IMG/VR virus record: IMGVR_UViG_3300017911_002256
Coordinates: 1 to 39,983 of that record
Strand: one strand, 5' to 3'
Source: a virus
Taxonomy: Duplodnaviria > Caudoviricetes
Length of the DNA stretch: 39,983 bases
The stretch's first letter is position 1; each line of letters begins with the position of its first letter. The notes under the pieces were generated by a model. That model was not told the origin of the DNA and did not search any database. It saw nothing but the letters and a program-made list of their open reading frames with translations. Shown piece after piece: positions 16,180 to 26,172 of the stretch. A program made the translations under genes and the position numbers.

Positions 16180-17584
16180 AAAGGTAGCACTTAAACTAAA
16201 AGAGTGGAGACTTGACCCTGTTTCATTTGTGAAAGACAACTTTGGAGCGACACCTGATAAGTGGCAAGAGAAAGCTTTAAAAGCATTCCCCACTAACCAA
16301 CGGATGGCATTTGTAGCGAGTAAAGGGGTTGGGAAGACAACTCTCCTAAGTTGGTGTATTTGGAACTTCTTAGCGACAAGACCAAGTGCTAAGATTGCTT
16401 CTACTTCTATCTCTTTTGACAACTTATCTGATGGGTTAAGAGCTGAACTTGCTCATTGGCAATCTAAGTCTAAATTCCTATCGAAATATTTTACTTTAAC
16501 TAAAACCCGTCTTTTCTGTAATGAGAAATCAGAGAGTTGGTTCTGCTCTTTTAGAGCATGGTCAAAGAGCGCTGACAGTAACGCTCAGGCTTTAACTCTT
16601 GCTGGACTTCACGCTGACTACATCATGTTTGTATGCGATGAGGTAGGTTCTTACCCAGAGGCTATCGTAGCAACCGCTGAAGCGGCATTAGCTTCAGGTA
16701 TTGAAACTAAGTTACTAATGGTTGGAAACCCAACTGATGTTAATGGTCCACTTTATCGTGTCACTCATAAAGATAAGAAGAATTGGTACATCCAACATAT
16801 TAACTCTGATCCGGAAAATCCTGATAGATCGCCTAGAGTTAGTCTCGATTGGGCGCAAAAGCAAATAGACACCTACGGAAGAAATTCTGCTTGGGTCAAG
16901 GTGAACGTGCTTGGGGAATTCCCTGATGCGGGTCTAAACAATTTATTTAATAGGCAAGAAGTTGAAGAGGCGATGGGTAAGACTGCACCTGCTGATCAAT
17001 ACCAGAACTGGCAAAAGAGGTTAGGCATTGACGTTGCTAGATTCGGAGAAGATTCAACCGTGATTCTCCCTCGACAGGGGAAAATGTGTTTTAACCCGAT
17101 AGTTATGAGAGGAGCTAGAACACAAGAGATTGTGACAAGAGTTGTACTTGCAATGGATAAGTGGGGAGCGCAAGCCGCTTTCGTAGACGGAACCGGGGGT
17201 TTTGGAGCTGGGGTTTGTGATCAATTGGTGGCTCTTGGTCACACTCCTTACGAAATACATTTTAGTCAAAAGGCAAATGATGAAAGGTTTGCCAACGCCA
17301 GAACTGAAATGTATTGGAATTTAAATGAGTGGGTAAAACAAGGTGGTTGCTTACCTGAAATTCAGGAGCTTAAGGAAGAGCTACTCGCTCACACTTATAG
17401 CTTCAACCTTAAAGGACAATTCATTCTCGATCCTAAAGAATCAATCAAAGAGAGATTAGGGAGATCTCCCGATTTAGCTGATGCCTTAGCACTCTCCTTT
17501 TCAATACCGGATGTTGTTAGTAACCCATTACTCGATAAAACGAGGGATTCAAGAATGAAACACGAATATGATCCCTTTCAATAA
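16172..17584 (+). CDS. terL: terminase large subunit
   Basis: PDKWQ, Walker A SKGVGKT, Walker B FVCDE, GNPT, nuclease GIDVARFGED, RSPDLADALAL. Confidence 0.95.
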   Translation: MSRKVALKLKEWRLDPVSFVKDNFGATPDKWQEKALKAFPTNQRMAFVASKGVGKTTLLSWCIWNFLATRPSAKIASTSISFDNLSDGLRAELAHWQSKSKFLSKYFTLTKTRLFCNEKSESWFCSFRAWSKSADSNAQALTLAGLHADYIMFVCDEVGSYPEAIVATAEAALASGIETKLLMVGNPTDVNGPLYRVTHKDKKNWYIQHINSDPENPDRSPRVSLDWAQKQIDTYGRNSAWVKVNVLGEFPDAGLNNLFNRQEVEEAMGKTAPADQYQNWQKRLGIDVARFGEDSTVILPRQGKMCFNPIVMRGARTQEIVTRVVLAMDKWGAQAAFVDGTGGFGAGVCDQLVALGHTPYEIHFSQKANDERFANARTEMYWNLNEWVKQGGCLPEIQELKEELLAHTYSFNLKGQFILDPKESIKERLGRSPDLADALALSFSIPDVVSNPLLDKTRDSRMKHEYDPFQ

Positions 17585-17613
17585 TTGCCAAGAAGTCAAT
17601 AAAAATTGATAAT
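17585..17613 (+). promoter_or_regulatory. putative sigma70 promoter, probably giving a leaderless GNAT mRNA
   Basis: TTGCCA-N17-GATAAT; the ATG at 17620 lies 6 nt after the -10 box with no SD sequence. Confidence 0.5.
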
Positions 17614-17619
17614 GTATAT

Positions 17620-18060
17620 ATGATATACAGCCGGGAGAGGGTAGAAGATATCCTGCCACATTTAAAAGAAATATCTAACTCACATCATGAAGAGGTGAAG
17701 GACTTTAGTAACTTATTCCTCAAGTTGGACGAGGAAACATACTATGAGTACGAAAAGAGCGGATCACTTCTAGCTTACGCTGCTCGAAACGCTAACAACG
17801 AGCCTGTCGGGTACGCATCTTTTTTCATATTTGGTAACCATCATTACGACAACCAAGTGGAAGCTCATCAAGACGCTATCTATATCCTTCCCGATTATCG
17901 AGGTTTCGGTTCTGAATTCGTTGAGTTCATTGATCAAGATTTAAGAAACCTTGGAATAAAGACGGTGTATCATCATGTCAAAGTTGAACATGATTGGTCT
18001 AAGGCTTTAACAAGACAAGGTTACAAACATATAGAGCATATTTACGCTAAACAATTATAA
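17620..18060 (+). CDS. GNAT-family acetyltransferase
   Basis: PVGYASFFI...DAIYILPDYRGFG (acetyl-CoA-binding motif A)...RQGY. Confidence 0.75.
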   Translation: MIYSRERVEDILPHLKEISNSHHEEVKDFSNLFLKLDEETYYEYEKSGSLLAYAARNANNEPVGYASFFIFGNHHYDNQVEAHQDAIYILPDYRGFGSEFVEFIDQDLRNLGIKTVYHHVKVEHDWSKALTRQGYKHIEHIYAKQL

Positions 18061-18072
18061 AGGATTATTCGC

Positions 18073-18519
18073 ATGAGTAGTGGTGGAAAGAAAAAGAAAA
18101 AAAGTCGAACTTTGTTTGATCAAGCAACTGATGTCGCTAGAGTAGGTGTTTCATTAGGTATGGATGAAGGCGCTAGAAAAAGACTTGAAGGTGACGTCAA
18201 AGGTGCCGTCTATACTGCCAGTGGTGGGGAAGCTAGAGAGAAAGAAGCTAGGAGAATAGCTAAAGAGCAAAAAGAATTACTTGAAGAACAAAACCGAATA
18301 CTAGAAGAGCGAAACAAAGCGGAAGCTAAGAGAATAGCTGACGAGAGAAAAGCTGCTCAAGATCAACTCAAAGAGCTTGAAGGAACTGAACGTCGAAAGA
18401 CTGCTAGAGCAAGACAACAAGCTAAAGCTAGAGGCGCTCAAGGTAGACGTTCAACTATCTTAACTGCCGGACAATTGGGCGAATCCCCAAGAGCGAGAAA
18501 AACATTACTAGGGCAATAA
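18073..18519 (+). CDS. pre-portal virion protein (coiled coil)
   Basis: GRRSTILT...KTLLGQ C-terminus, typical of the gene preceding the portal in T7/BPP-1-like podoviruses. Confidence 0.7.
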   Translation: MSSGGKKKKKSRTLFDQATDVARVGVSLGMDEGARKRLEGDVKGAVYTASGGEAREKEARRIAKEQKELLEEQNRILEERNKAEAKRIADERKAAQDQLKELEGTERRKTARARQQAKARGAQGRRSTILTAGQLGESPRARKTLLGQ

Positions 18520-18520
18520 T

Positions 18521-20245
18521 ATGACAATGTTCATGCGTAAGGACTTTGAAATTCTACGAGGACAGCTTGAGAATGAAAGATCATCTTTCACTTCTCATTG
18601 GAGAGATCTATCTGATCATATTCTCCCTCGTCGTCAACGATTCACCACCACCGACACCAATAGAGGTGATAAGAAGAATCAAAAGATAATCGACTCTACT
18701 GCAACACTAGCGGTTAGAACTCTCAGATCAGGAATGATGAGTGGAATTACTTCACCTGCTAGACCTTGGTTCAAGTTGGCTACTCCCGACCCATCTCTTA
18801 ACGAGTTTCAACCTGTTAAGGATTGGCTGACAAATGTAGCTGATCGAATGAGTACGGTTTTCTTAAGATCAAATCTCTATAACGTGCTTCCTATAATCTA
18901 CGGAGACATTGGGACTTTCGGAACTGGTGCAATGCTGATGGAAGAAGATCCTGATGGTGTTGTAAAGTTTTACCCTTTCCCAATTGGGTCTTACGCTTTA
19001 GCTCAAGATTCAACTTTGAGAAGCAATGTCTTCTTCAGAGAGTTTCGTCTAACCGTTCAACAATTAGTTGATAAGTTTGGTGAAACCGATGAGAAGGGAA
19101 ACATTATCTGGGATAACTTCTCTTCCTACGTTAAGGACATGTATCAACAAGGTAGCAAGCAATCTTGGATTGATATATATCACTTCATTTTTCCTAATAA
19201 GCATTATGACGCTAACAAGCTTTCAGCTAAGTTTAAGAAGTTCTCTTCGATATATTATGAGAAAGGAAGCTACACTGGACAGTATGATTCACTTAACGCT
19301 GACAACAGATTTCTAAGACTCTCCGGCTATGACTTCTTTCCTGTGCTAACTCCACGTTGGGAAGTTACCGCTGAAGACGTTTACGGAACTGATTGCCCAG
19401 GCATGACCGCTTTAGGTGATATTAGACAATTACAATTAGGTGAAAAGAGATCGATGCAAGCTATCGATAAGATGGTTAACCCTCCAATGGTGGGACCGTC
19501 GTCGATGAAGAACTCTAAAGCATCTATCCTCCCAGGTGATATCACTTATATCGATGGGAGAGATGCCGGAGCATTTAAAGAAGCACATCAAATCAATTTC
19601 AATATTCAAGCTCTTGAGGGGAAACAGACACAAGTCAGAGAGCGGATAAGAAGATCCTTCTTTGAGGATTTATTTCTTATGTTATCGATGAGTGATCGAA
19701 GACAAATCACAGCAAGAGAGATTGAAGAGAGACATGAAGAGAAACTACTAGCGTTAGGACCTGTTCTGGAGCAACTTAACCAAGATCTTCTTAATCCTCT
19801 TATTGATAACACCTTTAACATCATGGTGGAGCAAGGGTTACTCCCAACTCCTCCAGAAGAGTTACAAGGTCTTGATCTTAAAGTTGAATACATTTCAATC
19901 ATGGCTCAAGCTCAAAAGCTTATCGGTATCGGTGCAGTAGAAAGAACCGTAGGGTTTATTTCACAAATGGGTCAAGTTGATCCAACTGCTCTTGATAAGA
20001 TTGATATTGATCAGACAATTGATGTTTACGGTGACTTAACAAGTACGCCTCCGGGTATCATTCGAAGTGATGAAGCTGTGGCAAACATCCGAGCGCAAAG
20101 AGAGCAAGCGGCACAACAAGCCAGCCAACAAGCTCAAGCCGAGCAAGCTGTTAATAGTGCTAAGACTTTAAGTGAAACAAGTGTTGAAGGTGAGAATGCA
20201 TTGAACGCAATCCTTGCTCAAGCTGAAGCTGGAGAGCTTACATGA
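18521..20245 (+). CDS. portal (head-tail connector), T7 gp8/Bbp21 family
   Basis: DSTATLAVRTL.SGMMSGITSPARPWF, YGTDCPGM.ALGD, TAREIEERHEEKL..LGPVLE. Confidence 0.95.
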   Translation: MTMFMRKDFEILRGQLENERSSFTSHWRDLSDHILPRRQRFTTTDTNRGDKKNQKIIDSTATLAVRTLRSGMMSGITSPARPWFKLATPDPSLNEFQPVKDWLTNVADRMSTVFLRSNLYNVLPIIYGDIGTFGTGAMLMEEDPDGVVKFYPFPIGSYALAQDSTLRSNVFFREFRLTVQQLVDKFGETDEKGNIIWDNFSSYVKDMYQQGSKQSWIDIYHFIFPNKHYDANKLSAKFKKFSSIYYEKGSYTGQYDSLNADNRFLRLSGYDFFPVLTPRWEVTAEDVYGTDCPGMTALGDIRQLQLGEKRSMQAIDKMVNPPMVGPSSMKNSKASILPGDITYIDGRDAGAFKEAHQINFNIQALEGKQTQVRERIRRSFFEDLFLMLSMSDRRQITAREIEERHEEKLLALGPVLEQLNQDLLNPLIDNTFNIMVEQGLLPTPPEELQGLDLKVEYISIMAQAQKLIGIGAVERTVGFISQMGQVDPTALDKIDIDQTIDVYGDLTSTPPGIIRSDEAVANIRAQREQAAQQASQQAQAEQAVNSAKTLSETSVEGENALNAILAQAEAGELT

Positions 20246-20553
20246 GTAAGTCATTAGTGAAAAACGCATCTGATCCAAAACAGGTCAAGAAAGCAAAACA
20301 AAAAGAAAAGTTCAATCGTGATGATGAACTCAAAGACTTAAAAGAGATACTTGCCACGAATGCTGGCAAAAGATTTATTTATAGATACCTTTCTAAGTGT
20401 GGAGTTTTCAAAAGCTCATTCACTGGCAACAGTGAAACATTCTTTAGAGAGGGAGAAAGAAATATAGGACTTCAACTTCTTGCCGATGTTCAAGAAGCGG
20501 ATGTAAACTCATTAATAGATATAATGAAACTAAAAGGGGAAGAGAATGAGTGA
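20242..20553 (+). CDS. Bbp19-like phage protein
   Basis: GKRFIYRYLSKCGVF..SF.GN..TFFREGERNIGL. Confidence 0.75.
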   Translation: MSKSLVKNASDPKQVKKAKQKEKFNRDDELKDLKEILATNAGKRFIYRYLSKCGVFKSSFTGNSETFFREGERNIGLQLLADVQEADVNSLIDIMKLKGEENE

Positions 20554-21175
20554 GGATTCACAAAATCACACTAACGAACAAACTCAAGAATCTTCAATTG
20601 AGGACAAGCTTTATAATCAGGACGCTGAAACCAAAGCTGAAACTCAAGAGGAAGTAAAAGAGGAAGAGACTGTACAAGAAGAACCTAAGACCGAATCTAA
20701 GGAAGAGGTTAAAGAGGAAGAAATCAAGTACAAGATCGAACTTGAGGAATCTGTATTAGAAGAGTCTCAACTAGAGGAGATTGCCAATTTTGCAAAAGAG
20801 CAAGGATTCTCTAACGAGGTGGCTAATAAGATTGCTCAGCGTGAGAACGCTTTACTTTCTAACTTTATGGACGCTCAAGAAAAGAACCATGAAAAAATGG
20901 TTAATGATTGGGCGACTGAAATAGAAGCGGATAAAGATTTTGGAGGCGAGTCATTCAAAGATAATGTCAATAACGCTCATAAAGTCATCAACCGTTTCGC
21001 ATCTGAAGAATTTAAGGAAATCCTTAACTCTTCAGGTTACGGGAATCATCCTGAGCTATTTAAAACCTTTGCTAAAATTGGTAAAGCGATGGCGAGTGAT
21101 GAGACTGTTTTCGGGGGAAATGCAGCTCCAAAAGAGAAATCGATTGAAGAGCTTTTCTACGGGAAACAACAATAA
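20546..21175 (+). CDS. capsid scaffold/assembly protein
   Basis: Very acidic; GNHPEL...KIGKAM.SD...LFY motif; directly upstream of the major capsid gene. Confidence 0.75.
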   Translation: MSEDSQNHTNEQTQESSIEDKLYNQDAETKAETQEEVKEEETVQEEPKTESKEEVKEEEIKYKIELEESVLEESQLEEIANFAKEQGFSNEVANKIAQRENALLSNFMDAQEKNHEKMVNDWATEIEADKDFGGESFKDNVNNAHKVINRFASEEFKEILNSSGYGNHPELFKTFAKIGKAMASDETVFGGNAAPKEKSIEELFYGKQQ

Positions 21176-21224
21176 CTATAATATAAACAGATAGTACTGA
21201 AACTATCATATTTAGGGGGAACTT

Positions 21225-22226
21225 ATGGCTACTTTAGGAGCTAATGTTTTAACTCTTGCTGATTGGGCAAAGAGATTAGATCCACAAGGGAAAGTACCTG
21301 CAATTGTAGAACTACTTTCACAATCAAACGAAATTTTAGGTGATATGGCTTTCAAGGAAGGTAACCTTCCTACTGGTCACCGATGTACAGTAAGAACTGG
21401 ACTTCCAACTGTTTACTGGAGACTTGTAAACCAAGGTGTATCTCCAAGTAAATCAACTACTGCTCAAGTAGATGAGTCTATCGGAATGCTAGAAGCTTAT
21501 AGTGAAGTTGATAAAGATCTTGCTGAGCTTAACGGTAATACAGCAGCTTTTAGATTAACTGAAGCTAGTGCTTTCTTAGAAGCTATGAACCAAGAAATGG
21601 CTTCAACTCTTTTCTACGGAAATAGTTCTTTGAATCCTGAAGAGTTCAACGGTCTTGCGATTCGTTACTCTGATCTTTCAGCTAACAACGCTCAGAACAT
21701 CATCTCTGGTGGTGGTGCTGGTGCTGATAACTCTTCAATCTACCTAATCGGTTGGGGTGAGAATTCTTGTTACGGTATTTTCCCTAAGGGTTCTAAAGCT
21801 GGTTTAATGCACGAAGATCTAGGTCTTGTTACTGTTGAAACTACTGCTGGTATCGCTGGTAACAGAATGAGAGCTTACCAAGATCATTTCCAGTGGAAAG
21901 CTGGTCTTGCCCTTAAAGACTGGAGATATGTTGTTCGTATATCTAACATTGATATCTCTAACTTGGTTGCTAAGTCATCTGCTGCTGATCTTATCGAGCT
22001 TATGATTAAAGCAATCCACAGAATACCTAATCTTGCTTCTGTAAGACCTGTATTCTACATGAACCGATCTTGCTTCCAGATGCTAGACATCCAACGACGT
22101 GACGATGTTATTTCTGGTGGTGGATTACAGTACGATATGGTCGACGGTAAAAGAGTTGCTTCTTTCAGAGGAATTCCTGTGAAAATTTGTGATGCTCTTA
22201 CTGAATCTGAAGCGGCTGTATCTTAA
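21225..22226 (+). CDS. major capsid protein (BPP-1 Bbp17-like)
   Basis: TLADWAKRLDP...RTGLP...N.GV..SKSTT...DWRYVVRI.NID...FRGIP; strong RBS; codon usage typical of highly expressed genes. Confidence 0.92.
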   Translation: MATLGANVLTLADWAKRLDPQGKVPAIVELLSQSNEILGDMAFKEGNLPTGHRCTVRTGLPTVYWRLVNQGVSPSKSTTAQVDESIGMLEAYSEVDKDLAELNGNTAAFRLTEASAFLEAMNQEMASTLFYGNSSLNPEEFNGLAIRYSDLSANNAQNIISGGGAGADNSSIYLIGWGENSCYGIFPKGSKAGLMHEDLGLVTVETTAGIAGNRMRAYQDHFQWKAGLALKDWRYVVRISNIDISNLVAKSSAADLIELMIKAIHRIPNLASVRPVFYMNRSCFQMLDIQRRDDVISGGGLQYDMVDGKRVASFRGIPVKICDALTESEAAVS

Positions 22227-22254
22227 TAAATTTTAACGAAATAGGAGAATAGTC

Positions 22255-22689
22255 ATGATTTTAGACGCTCAAAACCAATTTTCTGACAGCCAAGCATTAA
22301 CTGCAACGGCTGCCTCTACTAACTTAATCGACCTAGGTCTTGATAGAAATATCGGACTTGGTGAGCAATTAGCAGTTGTTGTTAATGTTGAAGTTGCTGC
22401 TGATGACACTAACTCTGATGAGACTTATTCAGTAGCTATTGAAGCTGATGATAATGCTTCTTTCAGTAGTGCTACTTCTGTAGCTTCTTTCTCTATCGCT
22501 AGAGGAACTGCTGCTGGAACTCAATTCGTTCAAGTACTTCCAATGGATTTAACTACTGAGCGATACATCAGAATTAACTACACTCTCGGTGGAACTACTC
22601 CAAGCGTTACAGTTAGCGCTCATTTAGTACCAGCAAACAACGGTGTAGCAGTAATTGCTCATTACGCTGATGGTTTCACTATCTCATAA
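22255..22689 (+). CDS. capsid cement protein (Bbp16-like)
   Basis: MILDAQNQFSD.QA.TATAASTN.IDLG...RYIRINYT. Confidence 0.85.
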   Translation: MILDAQNQFSDSQALTATAASTNLIDLGLDRNIGLGEQLAVVVNVEVAADDTNSDETYSVAIEADDNASFSSATSVASFSIARGTAAGTQFVQVLPMDLTTERYIRINYTLGGTTPSVTVSAHLVPANNGVAVIAHYADGFTIS

Positions 22690-22699
22690 GGACTAGTGG

Positions 22700-22888
22700 A
22701 TGAAAGTTAAAGCATTAAGACTTGGGTATATGTTTGATCGAAGAATCTATGAAGGCGAGGTCTTCGAGCTAAAAGATCCTAAGATGTTCTCTGAACATTG
22801 GATGGAAAAACTCAACCTCGAAAAAGAAACAGAGATCAAGCCAAAACCTAAGAAAAAAGTTAAGAAAGTAAATCGAGACGTGCTTTAA
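22700..22888 (+). CDS. small hypothetical protein
   Basis: AAGGA RBS; KVKALRLGY.....EGEVFE; basic tail. Confidence 0.65.
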   Translation: MKVKALRLGYMFDRRIYEGEVFELKDPKMFSEHWMEKLNLEKETEIKPKPKKKVKKVNRDVL

Positions 22889-22893
22889 TAACC

Positions 22894-22919
22894 GGAGGGG
22901 AGCAATCCCCTCCTCTTTT
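22894..22919 (+). terminator. intrinsic terminator after the capsid genes
   Basis: GGAGGGGA-GCAA-TCCCCTCC (8-bp stem, GNRA loop) followed by TCTTTT. Confidence 0.8.
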
Positions 22920-22933
22920 AATAGGGATCTATC

Positions 22934-22993
22934 ATGCCTAAGAAGAAGGTAAGGAAACCTACGGGCAAACCTACTAAAACCCGAGGTTATTAA
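22934..22993 (+). CDS. 19-aa basic peptide coupled to tail tubular protein A
   Basis: MPKKKVRKPTGKPTKTRGY*; AGGGA RBS; TAATG overlap with 22993. Confidence 0.5.
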   Translation: MPKKKVRKPTGKPTKTRGY

Positions 22994-23601
22994 TGAGTAG
23001 TAATACTGAAATTTGCAACATTGCTTTATCACACTTAGGTGTTGGTAAAGAAATATCCAACTTAGAAACTGAACAGTCTCAAGGGGCTTCAGCTTGTCGC
23101 CGTTTCTACGACACAGCTTTAGAGGAAGTCTTAAGAGACTTCAAATGGGCGTTTGCTACTAAGATAGAAGCATTGGCTCTAATAGAATCCACTCCGAATG
23201 AAGAGTGGGATTATAGCTATCGTTACCCTACTAACTGTATAGCGGTTAGAAGAATCCTCTCAGGATTCCGCAACGATACAAGACAAAGCCGAGTACCTTA
23301 TAAGATCGCTTTTGATGATAGCGGTCGGATAATTTACAGTGATGAGCAAGACGCTAAGATTGAGTACACTTTCCGAGTAGAAGATCCTCAATACTACCCA
23401 AGCGATTTCATCATGGCTTTTAGTTATCGTTTAGCGACTTTGTTAGCTCCTAGGCTAACAGGTGGAGATCCTTTTGCATTAATGGAGAAGACTCAAAAGC
23501 TTTACGATATGCATATTTTCAAAGCTGCTAAGAATTCATTTAATGAAGAACAGCCAGATGAAGAAGTAGAAAGTGAATTCGTAAGAACTAGGGAGGGGTA
23601 A
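22993..23601 (+). CDS. tail tubular protein A / adaptor (T7 gp11-like)
   Basis: ICNIALSHLG...L....WAFAT...W.Y.Y.YP.NC; genomic position. Confidence 0.85.
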   Translation: MSSNTEICNIALSHLGVGKEISNLETEQSQGASACRRFYDTALEEVLRDFKWAFATKIEALALIESTPNEEWDYSYRYPTNCIAVRRILSGFRNDTRQSRVPYKIAFDDSGRIIYSDEQDAKIEYTFRVEDPQYYPSDFIMAFSYRLATLLAPRLTGGDPFALMEKTQKLYDMHIFKAAKNSFNEEQPDEEVESEFVRTREG

Positions 23602-26168
23602 TGACTAACATAGCGATTAGATCATTTACAGGCGGTGAACTCTCACCCTCTCTCTACGCTAGAGTTGATCTAGCTAAATACCAGCAAGGACTTAGAACTT
23701 GTAAAAACTTCCTCGTTCAAAGACATGGGGGAGTTGCTAACCGACCCGGAACTATGTTCGTCGGTGAAGTAAATGACTCAAGTGAAACAGTGAGATTAAT
23801 ACCTTTCATATTCAATGCTGATCAAACCTACGTGCTAGAGTTTGGCGATCAGTACATGAGAGTTATCCAAAACGGAGCGCATCTTACTGAAACCGGGCAA
23901 TCAATAACCGCAGTTACCCAAGCAAACCCAGCGGTTGTAACAATAACAGGTCATGGTTACAGTAATGGCGATGAGGTTTATATCTCAGGCGCTTTAGGGA
24001 TGACCGAACTTAACAATAGAAACTTTAAAGTAGCTAACGTCACAGCGAACACTTTTGAATTAACATCAATGTCGGGTACTAACTTTGATTCAACCTCACT
24101 TGATGCTTATACCTCAGGAGGGCTTGCGTACAAGATCTATGAGATAGTAACTCCATATTTAGAAGCGGATTTATCAGAGCTTCAATTTGTTCAAAGTGCA
24201 GACGTTGTAACTATAGTCCATCCTAGTTACGCTCCAAGGGAGTTGGCTAGAACTGGTCATACATCTTGGACAATAACAACTATAACTTTTGCTCCAACTA
24301 TTGCCGCACCTACAGGTGTGACCAATACAGGCTCCGGGGGTTCTACTTATCGATGGGTGGTAACAGCTATTGAAGAGGACACCTATCAGGAGTCTTTAGC
24401 AAGTGCAGAAACAACAAGTAGTACAAATCCAAGCTCCACTGCCGTCACAATTAACTGGACAGCAGTTACAGGAGCGCAAGAATATAACGTCTATCGATTT
24501 AAAAATGGTGCTTTTGGGTTTGTTGGTATTGCATCGTCTAACACGTTCACAGACGATGGAATAACCCCAGACGCTACAAGCTCTCCACCGATTACGCGAA
24601 ACCCTTTCAACGCAAGTGACGATTACCCAAGTGCGGTAACCTACTTTCAACAAAGACTATGTTTCGCTAATACGAACAATAACCCTGAGAGAGTTTACAC
24701 TTCTAAATCAGGTGCGTTTAAAAACTTCACTATCAGCTCTCCTCTCCAAGATGATGACGCCGTTACCTTTACCTTAGCAGGTAGACAGGTCAACGAAGTT
24801 CGTCACCTACTAGACATTGGTGAATTAATTATCATGACAAGTGGAGCGGAATGGTCAGTCGAAGGTGGATCAGGTGGGGTACTTACTCCAATAGATGTAA
24901 ACCCAAAACAACATAGTTATTCAGGTAGTTCAAACCTCTCCCCAATCATTATTTCTGGTTCAGCTTTATTTGTTCAAGCTAGAGGCAATGTTGTAAGGGA
25001 TCTAGGGTTCGATTTCAATATTGAAGGATATCGAGGGAACGATTTAACAATCTTCTCCACTCATCTATTCGAAGGAAAAACAATTGTTGATTGGACTTAT
25101 CAACAAGTACCTAACTCCGTTGTTTGGTGTGTTCGAAGTGATGGGGTTTTACTCGGGCTAACTTATGTTCGAGAGCATCAAGTCTGGGCTTGGCATCGAC
25201 ATGAATTCACTAACGGGTTAGTTGAGAATGTAACTGTAGTTCCCGAAGGCGATGAGGATTTCTTATATGTTGTAGTAAAAAGAACTGTCGACGGGGAAAC
25301 AAGGCGATATGTAGAAAGATTAAGTTCTCGCTTTGTTGATTCAACAGATCTAGAAGCTTTAACTTATCTAGACAGCTACCTAACTTATGATGGTAGAAAT
25401 ACCGGATCTGAAACGATGACGATAAGTGGTGGGACGACCTGGGCTTATGATGAAACCCTTACCCTTACAGCATCTACCTCAACCTTTGTAGCAGCGGATG
25501 TCGGTAATCAAGTTTTCATCGAAGACGCAGCAGGCGACACAATTAGATTTACAATTGACGCTTACACAAGTGGAACCGTCGTAACAGGACGACCACATAA
25601 AACAGTACCTAATTCACTACGAAATGCAGCGGTAGCTACGTGGTCAAAAGCCGTTGATCAAGTTACAGGGCTTTGGCACTTAGAAGGACAAAATGTATCG
25701 GTTTATGCAGATGGGTTTGTGGTTGCTAACCCTAATAATGATTCTTATGACAGCATTAGCGTATCTAACGGCACAGCTACCTTGGATAAGTCCTATGCGG
25801 TTATTCACGTAGGTTTACCGATAACCAGTGATATGGAAACACTCGACATCGACCAGATTGAAGGTGAATCCATTGCAGATAAGAAAAAACAAATCAACCG
25901 AGTCACACTATTTGTCGAATCCTCCCGAGGGATATTCGCTGGTAATTCAGCGCCTACGGGATCCAATATATTAGAGGGTTTAGAAGAATTAAAAATAAGA
26001 GATGATGAAGGTTACGACGATCCAGTTAACTTGAAGACAGGTGTTGTTGAAGTCAACATAAGACCAGAGTGGAATAGTAACGGTCGAGTGTTTATCAGAC
26101 AAACAGACCCACTACCTTTAAGTGTTCTAGCAATCGTCCCTTCAGGGTCTATTCCAATAAGGAGATAA
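23601..26168 (+). CDS. tail tubular protein B / nozzle (T7 gp12-like)
   Basis: SFTGGELSP.L..R.D...RPGT, YPSAVTYFQQRL, WAWHRH, Q.DPLPL; an inserted ITAVTQANPAVVT..GHG...GD.V.I (FCCH-like) module. Confidence 0.9.
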   Translation: MTNIAIRSFTGGELSPSLYARVDLAKYQQGLRTCKNFLVQRHGGVANRPGTMFVGEVNDSSETVRLIPFIFNADQTYVLEFGDQYMRVIQNGAHLTETGQSITAVTQANPAVVTITGHGYSNGDEVYISGALGMTELNNRNFKVANVTANTFELTSMSGTNFDSTSLDAYTSGGLAYKIYEIVTPYLEADLSELQFVQSADVVTIVHPSYAPRELARTGHTSWTITTITFAPTIAAPTGVTNTGSGGSTYRWVVTAIEEDTYQESLASAETTSSTNPSSTAVTINWTAVTGAQEYNVYRFKNGAFGFVGIASSNTFTDDGITPDATSSPPITRNPFNASDDYPSAVTYFQQRLCFANTNNNPERVYTSKSGAFKNFTISSPLQDDDAVTFTLAGRQVNEVRHLLDIGELIIMTSGAEWSVEGGSGGVLTPIDVNPKQHSYSGSSNLSPIIISGSALFVQARGNVVRDLGFDFNIEGYRGNDLTIFSTHLFEGKTIVDWTYQQVPNSVVWCVRSDGVLLGLTYVREHQVWAWHRHEFTNGLVENVTVVPEGDEDFLYVVVKRTVDGETRRYVERLSSRFVDSTDLEALTYLDSYLTYDGRNTGSETMTISGGTTWAYDETLTLTASTSTFVAADVGNQVFIEDAAGDTIRFTIDAYTSGTVVTGRPHKTVPNSLRNAAVATWSKAVDQVTGLWHLEGQNVSVYADGFVVANPNNDSYDSISVSNGTATLDKSYAVIHVGLPITSDMETLDIDQIEGESIADKKKQINRVTLFVESSRGIFAGNSAPTGSNILEGLEELKIRDDEGYDDPVNLKTGVVEVNIRPEWNSNGRVFIRQTDPLPLSVLAIVPSGSIPIRR

Positions 26169-26172
26169 ACTT

